Shown in pieces: positions 20,143 to 29,500 of a DNA stretch of 42,866 nucleotides. Origin of the DNA: Elusimicrobiota bacterium (GTDB lineage Bacteria > Elusimicrobiota > Elusimicrobia > Elusimicrobiales > UBA9959); the NCBI GenBank assembly GCA_027340875.1, contig DAIENX010000105.1:1-42866 (forward strand), in the 5' to 3' direction. Under the pieces are notes generated by a model, which was not told the origin of the DNA, did not search any database, and saw only the letters and a list, made by a program, of their open reading frames with translations. A program made the translations under genes and the position numbers. Within the stretch, counting starts at the first letter, position 1, and the number at the start of each line of letters is the position of its first letter.

Positions 20143-20672
20143 TGCCGGTGAACGTGGAGATAAAGGCGCGCGCCACCGACTGGGCGGAGCAGGTGCGCAG
20201 GGGTCTGGCCCTGGCGGACAGGACCGAAAGGCTTTTTCAGGACGATACCTTCTTCAACTGCGCCAACGGGCGCCTGAAGCTGCGCCGCGAGCGCGGCGCG
20301 GGGGCCAGGCTGATCTTCTACCGCAGGGCAGGACTGAAGGGGCCGAAGACCTCGGATTACGTGCTGCTGCCGGTAAGGGACGGGGCCTCCGCGCTGAAAA
20401 GGCTGACCCGCGCGCTGGGAGCCGTGAAGCGGGTGCTGAAGAAGCGCCTGGTCTGCCACGCGGGCCGCACCCGGATACATTTCGACGAGGTGAGAGGCCT
20501 GGGCCGCTTCATAGAGCTGGAGGTGGTGCTGCGCCAGGGCGAGAGCGCCGCCGCGGGCCGCCGCGAGGCCGCCCGGCTGATGAGGGCCCTGGGCATACGC
20601 CGCGCCGACCTCCTCGCGGGAGCGTACGCCGATATGCCGGCGGACCATTCACGCCGCGGGCCCCGATGTTGA
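20142..20672 (+). CDS. CYTH-domain protein (class IV adenylate cyclase-like)
   Basis: NVEIKAR (ExK), QDDTFF, GRLKLR, TRIHFDEV.GLGRFIELEV. Confidence 0.88.
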   Translation: MPVNVEIKARATDWAEQVRRGLALADRTERLFQDDTFFNCANGRLKLRRERGAGARLIFYRRAGLKGPKTSDYVLLPVRDGASALKRLTRALGAVKRVLKKRLVCHAGRTRIHFDEVRGLGRFIELEVVLRQGESAAAGRREAARLMRALGIRRADLLAGAYADMPADHSRRGPRC

Positions 20673-20684
20673 TATAATCTGATT

Positions 20685-21872
20685 ATGGTCCAGAAGATAT
20701 TTTCCAAGGCCGGCGGCCTCCCCAGGGTGAAGCTGTCCCACGCTCCGGCCGGACCGAACGCCTTCAAGCGCATGATAGCCGAGGCTGACCGCGCCGAGCC
20801 CGGCCAGCTGGTGGCCGTCTACGACAAGAACGGCAATCCCTACGGCGTCGGCCTGTACAACCCGCACAGCCAGATCACGCTGCGCATCTTCTCCCGCGAG
20901 AACCCGGAGGACTTCGACCTGGACGCCTATTTCGCCTCCAGGGTGGACAGGGCCGTCTCGCTGCGCCGCGACGTGCTGAAGCTGCCGCAGCGCACCGACG
21001 CCTACCGGCTCGTCCACGACTTCGCCGACGGCCTGCCCGGCCTGACCGCGGACATCTACCGGGACCAGATAGTGCTGGAGTTCTATTCCCTCGGCATGTA
21101 CCGCCTGTGGCCCAATATCCAGGCGGCCTTCAAGAAGCATTTCCCCGAAGCCTCGTTCCACCACCGCGCCACCTCCTACACGCAGGAGATGGAGGGCTTC
21201 AAGATGAAGCCGGACGAGGCCCCGCCCCGCCGCACGCGCATCACCGAGAACGGCGTGCAGTTCGAGCTGGACCTGCGCTCCGGCTTCAAGACCGGCTTCT
21301 TCTGCGACCAGCGCGAGAACCGCCTCTACGCCTCGCAGTTCGCCGCCGGGAAGAAGATGATAGACCTCTGCGCCTACACCGGCGGCTTCGGCGTCTACGC
21401 CGCCAAGCTCGGCGGGGCCGAGGCCGTCACCTGTGTGGAGCTGGACCCGGAGGCCAGCGAGGCCAGCAAGCGCAACGCCAATATCAACAAGGTGAAGGTG
21501 GACGCGGTCTGCGCCGACGCTTTCACCTACATGCGCCAGATGATAGACCTGAAGAGGCGCTACGGGCTCGTGGTGCTGGACCCTTACAAGCTGGTCTCCA
21601 GCCGCGAGGAGAGGGAAAAGGGCATCTTCAAGTACCGCGACTTCAACCGCATAGCGCTGTCGCTGGTGGAGGAGGGCGGCACTTTCGTCACGTGCTCCTG
21701 CAGCGGCATGGTGTCGATGGAGGAGTTCTCCTTCATCCTTCGGGGTGCTGCCGCCAATGCCGGCAGGAAAGTGCAGATACTGAAGAAGGCCGGTGCGGGA
21801 CCGGACCACCCGGTCGCCGCCGACTATCCGGAGGGCGAGTACCTGAAGTGCATATTCTGCAGGGTGTTCTGA
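20685..21872 (+). CDS. rlmI: Class I SAM-dependent rRNA methyltransferase, RlmI-like
   Basis: PUA-like N-terminus, DGLPGL, KTGFFCDQRENR, YTGGF, VVLDP, TCSCS, DHP...PEGEYLK. Confidence 0.85.
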   Translation: MVQKIFSKAGGLPRVKLSHAPAGPNAFKRMIAEADRAEPGQLVAVYDKNGNPYGVGLYNPHSQITLRIFSRENPEDFDLDAYFASRVDRAVSLRRDVLKLPQRTDAYRLVHDFADGLPGLTADIYRDQIVLEFYSLGMYRLWPNIQAAFKKHFPEASFHHRATSYTQEMEGFKMKPDEAPPRRTRITENGVQFELDLRSGFKTGFFCDQRENRLYASQFAAGKKMIDLCAYTGGFGVYAAKLGGAEAVTCVELDPEASEASKRNANINKVKVDAVCADAFTYMRQMIDLKRRYGLVVLDPYKLVSSREEREKGIFKYRDFNRIALSLVEEGGTFVTCSCSGMVSMEEFSFILRGAAANAGRKVQILKKAGAGPDHPVAADYPEGEYLKCIFCRVF

Positions 21873-21882
21873 GGGGGAGGGG

Positions 21883-22329
21883 ATGAGGGGGAAGCATCTG
21901 AAGTTCATGAAGGCCGCCATCGCCGAGGCCCGCAAAGGCCTGCGCGAGGGCGGCATCCCTATAGGCGCCGTGCTGGTGAAGGGCGGGAAGATAATCGGCC
22001 GCGGCCACAACCGGCGCGTGCAGAGGGGCTCCGCGATACTGCACGCGGAGATGGACTGCCTGGAGAACGCCGGCCGCCTGAAGGCCGCGGACTACTGGAA
22101 GTGCGCCATCTATTCCACGCTCTCGCCCTGTCCCATGTGCACCGGGGCCATACTGCTGTACGGTATACCTACGGTGGTCATAGGCGAGAACAGGACCTTC
22201 AAAGGTCCGGAGAGCTATTCCCGGAAGTTCGTGAAGCTGATAAACCTGGACCTGCCGGAGTGCCGGGAGATGATGGAGCGTTTCATTGGGGAGCGTCCTG
22301 AGCTCTGGAACGAGGACATCGGGAAGTAA
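21883..22329 (+). CDS. Zinc-dependent nucleoside/cytosine deaminase (FCY1-like)
   Basis: EGGIPIG, HAEMD, TLSPCPMC, GEN.TF, W.EDIG. Confidence 0.88.
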   Translation: MRGKHLKFMKAAIAEARKGLREGGIPIGAVLVKGGKIIGRGHNRRVQRGSAILHAEMDCLENAGRLKAADYWKCAIYSTLSPCPMCTGAILLYGIPTVVIGENRTFKGPESYSRKFVKLINLDLPECREMMERFIGERPELWNEDIGK

Positions 22330-22356
22330 GGGCGAAAACACGAGAAGGAGGGGGGA

Positions 22357-23628
22357 ATGAAGGGTTTCATCAGGGCATTGGACCGCGGGCAGGTCACCAA
22401 CTTCTCCCGCAATTCATACGAGGTGGTCTTCTCCATCTTCATGATCGCGCTTGCGTGGTTCTATCGCGAGAACCCGCTGATAGTCTATCCCCAGGTACTG
22501 TACTGCTTCCTGGCGCTGCTGGGTTCCAACTTCGTCTTCAACTATCTGCTGCGCCGTCGCACCGCGGTGAATCTCTGGCTGATAGACCTCATACTGCTGC
22601 TGAACCTCTGGACGATAACCGGCATCCTCCTGTTCTCCGGCGGCGGCGACTCCTATTTCTGGGTGTTGTACCTGCTGCCGGTGTTCGCCGCCTCCCTGAT
22701 GGCCAGCCTGAAGGACGCGGCCGGGGTGGTCTTCCTCTGCGGCATAAGCCTGGTGGTGATGAGCTGGCCGGTCTCGCCGGACGACCTGGCCGGCCTGCTG
22801 GGGCTTTCGGCCAAGATAGCGGTGCTCGCCTCCTCTTCCTGGGTGGTCTTCAATACCGCTCAGGCCAGGAAGATCACCGAGGCCGGCCTCGCCTTCAAGA
22901 GGGCGCAGGTGGAAACGCTCACCCGCGATATCGCCGAGAAAGAGACGGAGCTAGTGAGGACCGCCTCGTCCAACGAGATCGGAACGCTGGTCAGCGGGGT
23001 GATGCACGACCTGGGGAACTGCGTCTCGGTCATACTGCTGAGCCTGGAGATCTTCTCGGCCGAGGAGAAACCGTCGAAGAGCGACCTCGACAGGATCGTA
23101 AAGGCGGCCAGGTTCGCGAAGGCCATGGTCGCCAACGCGCTGGGAATAGTACGCGGCCAGGAATACCTTTTCGAGCCGGTGAGCCTCGGCGAGATAGCCG
23201 AATCCGCCGAGATGTTGACCAGCTACGCGGCCAGGAAGGCCGGCGCCACGGTGGAGCTGCGCATCCCGGCGGACCTTCCGGAGATAAAAGCGAGCCGGGT
23301 CCATCTCGAGCGCATCTTCATCAATACCATACTGAACTCCGTCTCCTTCCTGCCGCAGGGCGGCGTGGTGGCCATTTCCGCGGGAGTGGATGGGGACAGC
23401 CTTAAGGTGGAGATAGCCGACAACGGCCCGGGTTTTCCGGCCAAGGTGCTGGAGGGCGGGGTCAAGGCGTTCGGGACCACCCGCAAGGAGAAAGGCGGTA
23501 CCGGCCTGGGGCTTTTCGTCTGCGAGCAGATAGCCAGGCGGCACGGCGGCCGCCTTAAGCTGGATAAGGCGGCCGGCGGCGGGGCCATGGTGCGCCTGAT
23601 CCTGCCTCTGGGCGGCCCGGCCGCCTGA
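22357..23628 (+). CDS. Multi-TM sensor histidine kinase
   Basis: About 6 TM helices; MHDLGN H-box; DNGPG and GTGLGL. Confidence 0.88.
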   Translation: MKGFIRALDRGQVTNFSRNSYEVVFSIFMIALAWFYRENPLIVYPQVLYCFLALLGSNFVFNYLLRRRTAVNLWLIDLILLLNLWTITGILLFSGGGDSYFWVLYLLPVFAASLMASLKDAAGVVFLCGISLVVMSWPVSPDDLAGLLGLSAKIAVLASSSWVVFNTAQARKITEAGLAFKRAQVETLTRDIAEKETELVRTASSNEIGTLVSGVMHDLGNCVSVILLSLEIFSAEEKPSKSDLDRIVKAARFAKAMVANALGIVRGQEYLFEPVSLGEIAESAEMLTSYAARKAGATVELRIPADLPEIKASRVHLERIFINTILNSVSFLPQGGVVAISAGVDGDSLKVEIADNGPGFPAKVLEGGVKAFGTTRKEKGGTGLGLFVCEQIARRHGGRLKLDKAAGGGAMVRLILPLGGPAA

Positions 23629-23752
23629 GAACCGGCGGCCCGGGCTCCGCCTGCGCCGGGGCTTGGCAGGCCGGGTTATTTTATATATATTGGTCTCTGC
23701 GTTTGGGGGAAGGCCGGCGGAAATACCGCGGACCGGCATAGCGGGGGTAACA

Positions 23753-26578
23753 ATGGAGACGGGAGACAGCCACAAGAACGGGTACATCCTTATCGTAGAG
23801 GACGATCCCGGAGTCATGGAACTCGAGGCGCAGCGCCTCTACCCGCTGGGCTATCCAATAGCCAAAGCCTCCGCCCCCACGGACGCCATAGCCATGCTGG
23901 CGCGCGGCACTCCGGAACTGATGCTGCTCGATTACTCCCTTCCGGGAATGAGCGCGCTGGACCTGATCTCCGGCCTGGAGCGAGAGTCCGTGCCTGTGCC
24001 GCCGTTCTTAATGGTCACAGGCCGCGGGGACGAAAAGGTTGCCGTGGAGGTCATGAAATCAGGCGCGCTGGACTACATAGTCAAGGACGCCCGCTTCCTG
24101 GATAACCTCCTACGCACCGTAAACAAGGCCCTTGAAAAATCCGCGTTGCAGAAGAATCTGAAGAAGGCCGAGGAGGAGCTGCGCAAGAGCGCGCGCCTCT
24201 ATAATTTCCTCGCGCAGGTCAACGGGGCCGTGGCCAGGGAGCGTGACGCCGTGCGGCTGCTGCAGGAGATCTGCCGCATAGCGGTGGAAGTGGGCGGCAT
24301 GCGCATGGCCTGGGTGGGAAGGCCGGATCCGGACCTGGGACGCTTCGTAGCCGTCTGTTCGGCCGGGCACGTAGAAGGTTATCTGGAGGGCGTCAAGATC
24401 ACTCTCAACGGGGACACCGGCAAAGGCCCCAGCGGCACTTCATTCCGGACCGGAGAGATCTCCGTATGCCCGGATATAGCCACGGACCCGCGCATGGAGC
24501 CGTGGCGGGAGGAGGCCCTCCGGAGGGAGTACCGCTCCTCGGCGTCCATCCCTCTTTCCATCGGAGAAAAAGTGATCTTCACGCTCAATCTGTACTCCTC
24601 GGAGGCCGATTTCTTCGTTCCGGAGGAGATGCAGCTGCTATCCGAGATACGGGGCGACATCTCCTTCGCGCTGGAGGCGCTGGACAGCGAACAGAAGCGG
24701 GCCGCCGCCCAGGCGGCCCTGGAACGCACCGCGGCGCACCTGGCCCACGTGATGGAGGCCAATCCGGTGGTCATTTTCAAGCTGCGCCTGGCCGGCGGGC
24801 GGTTCGTGCAGGAATGGGTAAGCGGCAACGTCCACGCACTCATAGGCTATGACCCCGAGGAAGTGCTGGCGCCCGGCTGGTTCGAGGGCGTGTTGCATCC
24901 GGAAGACCTGCCTCTGGTGGTCGAGGGGCGCCACAGGCTGGCGGCAGGCGAGACGGTGGTCTCCGACCTGAGGGTCAGGAAGAAGGGTAACGGCCATCTC
25001 TGGGTGCACGCCCAGCTCAAGCTGGTATCTCCGGACGAAGCCATAGGCTCATGGACGGATATCAGCCGGCTGAAGGAATCGGAGGTGGGGTTCCAGGAAC
25101 TGATAGACGCCTCGCCGTACGGCGTGGTGCTGCGCGACGGGCGCAATATCGCGTATATAAACAAACGCGGCCTGGAGATAGCGCGCGCCGCCTCGGCGAA
25201 GGAGGTCGTAGGACACGGAATACTGGAGCGCATCCCGGAGCGTTTCCATCCCGAGCTGATACGCAGGATGGCCGGGGTGGACGAGGGGATATCTGCCCCG
25301 CCCATGGAAATAGAAATAGAGGCGATGGACGGCAGCCTGGTGCCGCTGGAGATACACAGCCACCGGATACGGTACGGCGGGAAGGAGACGGCGGTGATCT
25401 TCTTCCGGGACCTTACCGAGAAGAAGCTGGCCGACCGCATGATGCGCGAGATCTCCGACATGCAACGGGTGGAATCCCTCGGCCAGCTGGCCGGCGGCAT
25501 AGCGCACGATTTCAACAACATGCTGACCGGCATTATGGCCAACATCTCCCTTCTGGAGAGGCGCTGCGGCGGGGACCCGGATACCAGGGACATACTGAAG
25601 GATACGCTGGTCGCGGCGGCCGAGGCCAAGAGCCTCACCGCCAACCTGCTGGCCTTCTCCAAGGGCGGAAAACCGGTCAAGAGGGAGATATGCCTGGAGA
25701 AGGTGCTCCGCGAGATATTCACCCTTTCCACCCGCGGCTCCAGCGCGGCCACGGAGCTGGAAATAGACAAGGAGCTCTGGAGCGTGGACGGGGACGAGCC
25801 CCAGCTCAAGCAGGCCGTTAACAACCTGCTGATCAACGCCCTGCAGGCCATGCCTAGAGGGGGGACGCTGCGCCTCTCCGCCGCTAACCACGGCGTGGAA
25901 CTGCCGCCGCCCGCTCTGCTGCCGGCCGGGAAATACGTGAAGATAACGGTGTCCGACACCGGCATAGGGATACCGGAGGAGTATCTGTCGCACATCTTCG
26001 AGCCCTACTTCTCCACCAAGAAGAAGGGCCACGGGCTGGGGCTTTCGATGGCCTGGTCGGTGGTCAAGAACCACGGCGGCCATATAGCGGTGGCCTCCAC
26101 TCCCGGTAAAGGGAGCGCCTTCGACATATATCTTCCCGCTACCGGCCGCTGCCTGAGAGCGGCGCAGGAGAAGAGCGCGGAGATCCGCCGGGGAACCGGC
26201 CGCATTCTGGTGCTGGAGGACGAAGAGATAGTTACGGGAGCGGTGCGGCGCATGCTGCGCGAGCTCGGCTACGAATGCGAAATAGTGCAGGACGGCAGGG
26301 CCGCGCTGCGGCGCTACGCGGAGGAAAAGGCCGCCGGCCGGCCTTTCGACGCCGTCATCATGGACCTCACCATTCCCGGAGGCATGGGCGGTAAGGACGC
26401 GGTGGCGGAGCTGAGGAAGAGCGACCCTTCCGCCAGGGTCATAGCCTCCAGCGGCTATTCCGACGACGCCGCGATGGCCGATTACGCTAGCAACGGGTTC
26501 GACGCCGTGCTGCCCAAGCCGTACAAGTTCGAGGAGCTGGCCGCGGCGCTGCAGAAGCTGCTGGCGAAACGGGACTGA
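23753..26578 (+). CDS. Hybrid histidine kinase REC-GAF-PAS-PAS-HisKA-HATPase-REC
   Basis: ILIVEDD...LLDYSLP; GAF region; AHDFNN; DTGIG; GHGLGL; C-terminal receiver MDLTIPG. ATG 23753 preferred. Confidence 0.9.
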   Translation: METGDSHKNGYILIVEDDPGVMELEAQRLYPLGYPIAKASAPTDAIAMLARGTPELMLLDYSLPGMSALDLISGLERESVPVPPFLMVTGRGDEKVAVEVMKSGALDYIVKDARFLDNLLRTVNKALEKSALQKNLKKAEEELRKSARLYNFLAQVNGAVARERDAVRLLQEICRIAVEVGGMRMAWVGRPDPDLGRFVAVCSAGHVEGYLEGVKITLNGDTGKGPSGTSFRTGEISVCPDIATDPRMEPWREEALRREYRSSASIPLSIGEKVIFTLNLYSSEADFFVPEEMQLLSEIRGDISFALEALDSEQKRAAAQAALERTAAHLAHVMEANPVVIFKLRLAGGRFVQEWVSGNVHALIGYDPEEVLAPGWFEGVLHPEDLPLVVEGRHRLAAGETVVSDLRVRKKGNGHLWVHAQLKLVSPDEAIGSWTDISRLKESEVGFQELIDASPYGVVLRDGRNIAYINKRGLEIARAASAKEVVGHGILERIPERFHPELIRRMAGVDEGISAPPMEIEIEAMDGSLVPLEIHSHRIRYGGKETAVIFFRDLTEKKLADRMMREISDMQRVESLGQLAGGIAHDFNNMLTGIMANISLLERRCGGDPDTRDILKDTLVAAAEAKSLTANLLAFSKGGKPVKREICLEKVLREIFTLSTRGSSAATELEIDKELWSVDGDEPQLKQAVNNLLINALQAMPRGGTLRLSAANHGVELPPPALLPAGKYVKITVSDTGIGIPEEYLSHIFEPYFSTKKKGHGLGLSMAWSVVKNHGGHIAVASTPGKGSAFDIYLPATGRCLRAAQEKSAEIRRGTGRILVLEDEEIVTGAVRRMLRELGYECEIVQDGRAALRRYAEEKAAGRPFDAVIMDLTIPGGMGGKDAVAELRKSDPSARVIASSGYSDDAAMADYASNGFDAVLPKPYKFEELAAALQKLLAKRD

Positions 26579-26579
26579 T

Positions 26580-29500
26580 ATGGCCGAGCTGCACCCCGAC
26601 CAGGGGTTACTGCGGTTCAAGCGGCGCCTGTGGGTGTTGTTAGCCCTTTTTTCCGCTGGCATCGTGGCCGGCGGCGTCATCTATCACGCCGATTTCCGCG
26701 GCGCGGTGGTCAGGGAGAAGTCTGACCTGTTAACCTCCATCGGCCGCACTAAAACGGCGGACCTCGTCTACTGGCGTGAGCAGCGGGAGCAAAGCCTGGC
26801 CTCGCTGGTGGACAGCCCGATACTGGGCGGCTACCTTGAACAGGTGGCTGCCGGGCAGGCCGGCAGCGAGCAGCTGCGTCTCCTGTCCGGCAGGCTGGCG
26901 GCCTTCGCAAAGAACAACCATTACGCTTCCGCCTACCTGAGCTCGTCCGACGGCAAAGTGCTGTTGGGTGCTGGCCTCGCCCGCAAGCGTGTCTGTCCCG
27001 GAGCCATGGCGCTGCTGAAAAGGATGGGGGACAGCAAGGCTCCGTTCATCGGCGACCTTGAATTGGATGAGGGCGGGCAGCCCGCGATCCACGGCGCCAT
27101 ACTGGCCGCGTGGGCCGGGGGACGGAAAACCTACCTGGTCATAACGATAGACCCTTACGTTTATCTGTACCCGTTCATGCGGACCTGGCCGACCGGCAGC
27201 GCTTCGGCGGAGACCCTGCTGGTGCGCAGGGACGGCGACTACGTCCTCTTCCTCAACGACCTGAAACATATCCGCCATACCGGGCTCAGGTTCCGCATCC
27301 CGATGTCCAACGAGACCCTTCCGGCGGCGGCGGGGCTGCGCGGGTTCAGCGGCGTCATGCGGGGAGTGGATTACCGCGGGGTCAAGGTGCTGGCCTACGT
27401 TTCCAGAGTGCCCGGCACCGACTGGGTCATCATCTCGAAGGAGGACGAAGCCGAGATCTTCTCCGGGCTGCACCGTACCACCAGCATCCTCTTCGCGCTG
27501 GTGCTGGCGCTGCTGGCCGGCGGCGGGGTCCTGGTTTATTCGCTGGTGATGCGGCGCGAAGCGGAATACGTATCCGGCCTGGGCGAGGCCGAGGCCCGTT
27601 TCACCCGCCTATATTCTCAGATGCTCGACAGCTACGCCTACGTGGACATGGCCGGACACATCATGGAATGCAACGCGGCCTTCGAGCAGCTGACGGGGTA
27701 TACGCTGGATGAGCTCAGGCGCCTGAGCTATTCGGACATAACCCCGGAGAAATGGCGCCAGGCCGAAAAGAGGATAGTGGAGGAGATAATAAGCAAAGGC
27801 GCTTACGGCCTCTACGAGAAGGAGTACCGCCGCAAGGACGGGACCATAGTGCCGGTGGAGCTGCGTACGGTGCTGGATCGGGACGGCGCGGGTCGTCCTG
27901 TAGGGATATGGACCATTATCCGCGACCTTTCCGAAAGGAAGAAGGCGGAGCTCGCCCTGGCCGGGAGCGAGGAGCAGTTCAGGCTGATGTTCGAGGAGCA
28001 TAACGCGGTAATGCTGCTGATAGACCCGGCTTCCGGCGAGGTGGTCAAGGCCAACAAGGCCGCTGAGGAGTTCTACGGTTATCCGAAGGCCAGTATGGTG
28101 GGAATGAACATCGCGAAGATGAACGGCCTGGAGAGGGCGGAGATAGCCGAGATGCACGGGAAAATACTCCGCGGCGAGCAGAACCTGTTCACCCTGCTGC
28201 ACCGCCTGGCGGACGGCTCCGGCAGGACGGTGGAGGTACGCTCATCCTCCATCCCTTCCGGCGGCAGGGAGCTGAACTTCGAGATAATCCACGACATCAC
28301 CGAGCGCGAGCGGGCGGTGGAGCGCCTGCGCGCCAGCGAAACGGCCCTCAAAGAGGCCCAGCGCCTGGCCAAAATAGGCAACTGGGAGCTGGACATCGCC
28401 TCCAACGGTCTCCGGTGGTCGGAGGAGATATTCTCCATATTCGAGATAGACCCGTCCCGTTTCGGAGCCTCGTACGCGGCCTTCCTGGACGCCATACATC
28501 CGGATGACAGGGAAGAGGTGAACAAGGCCTATACCGATTCCCTCAAGAACAGGACCAGGTACAACATAACGCACCGCCTGCTGATGAAGGACGGCCGGGT
28601 CAAGCACGTCAACGAGGTCTGCGAGACGTTCTACGACCCGGCCGGCAAGCCGCTGCGCTCAGTGGGGACGGTGCAGGATATCACCGAGCGCAAGACCGCC
28701 GAAGAGAAGATACGGGAGAGCGAGCTCGCCCTCAGGGAGGCCCAGCGCGTGGCCAGGATTGGCAGCTGGGACTGGGACGCCGGGACCGACACCATAACCT
28801 GGTCTCCGGAGTATTACCGCATCTTCGGTTTCGACCCGACCATGAAGCCGCCCGGCTATAAGGAGCATTTGAAGGTATATACCGCCGAGAGCGCCGCCAG
28901 GCTGGACGCCGCCGTCAAGAGGAACATGAAGACCGGCGAGCCGTACGTGCTGGATCTGGAGCTCGTAAACCCGAAGAACGGGACGAGATGGATAACCGCC
29001 CGCAGCGAGACCAAGCGGGACGACAAGGGCCGCATCACAGGCCTGCGGGGCACGGCCCAGGATATAACGGAGCGCAAGCTGGCCGAACGGACGCTACAGG
29101 AGACCCTTTTCTTCCTGAACGAGTCGCAGAATGCGGCCTGCATAGGCTCGTACACCACCGATTTCGGGAAAGGCAGGTGGGAGTCGTCCGAAGGCCTGGA
29201 CAAGATCTTCGGCATCGGGCCGGACTATGACCGCAGCGTAGAGGGCTGGATGAGCATGGTCCACCCGGACGACAGGGCGAGGATGGAGAAGTACCTGTGG
29301 GAGGAGGTCATCGGGAAGCGCAAGGACTTCGACAGGGAATATCGGATAACCCGCGTCAGCGACGGGAAAACGCGGTGGGTGCACGGACGCGGCGCCATGA
29401 CCTTCGGACCTGGCGGCTCCCCTCTGCGGATGATAGGCACCATACAGGACATAACGGAGCGGCGGGCGGCGGAGACCGAGCGCGCCGTGCTGCTCGAGCG

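Noticed and set aside
21883..22329. tRNA adenosine deaminase tadA
   Set aside because: Motifs (EGGIPIG, GEN.TF, W.EDIG) fit the cytosine-deaminase type, and the TadA signatures EVPVGA and TLEPC are missing.
20142..22329. CYTH cyclase plus deaminase as a nucleotide-signalling defence system
   Set aside because: Both are ordinary families within a housekeeping run with typA and rlmI, with host-like codon usage and no effector gene.
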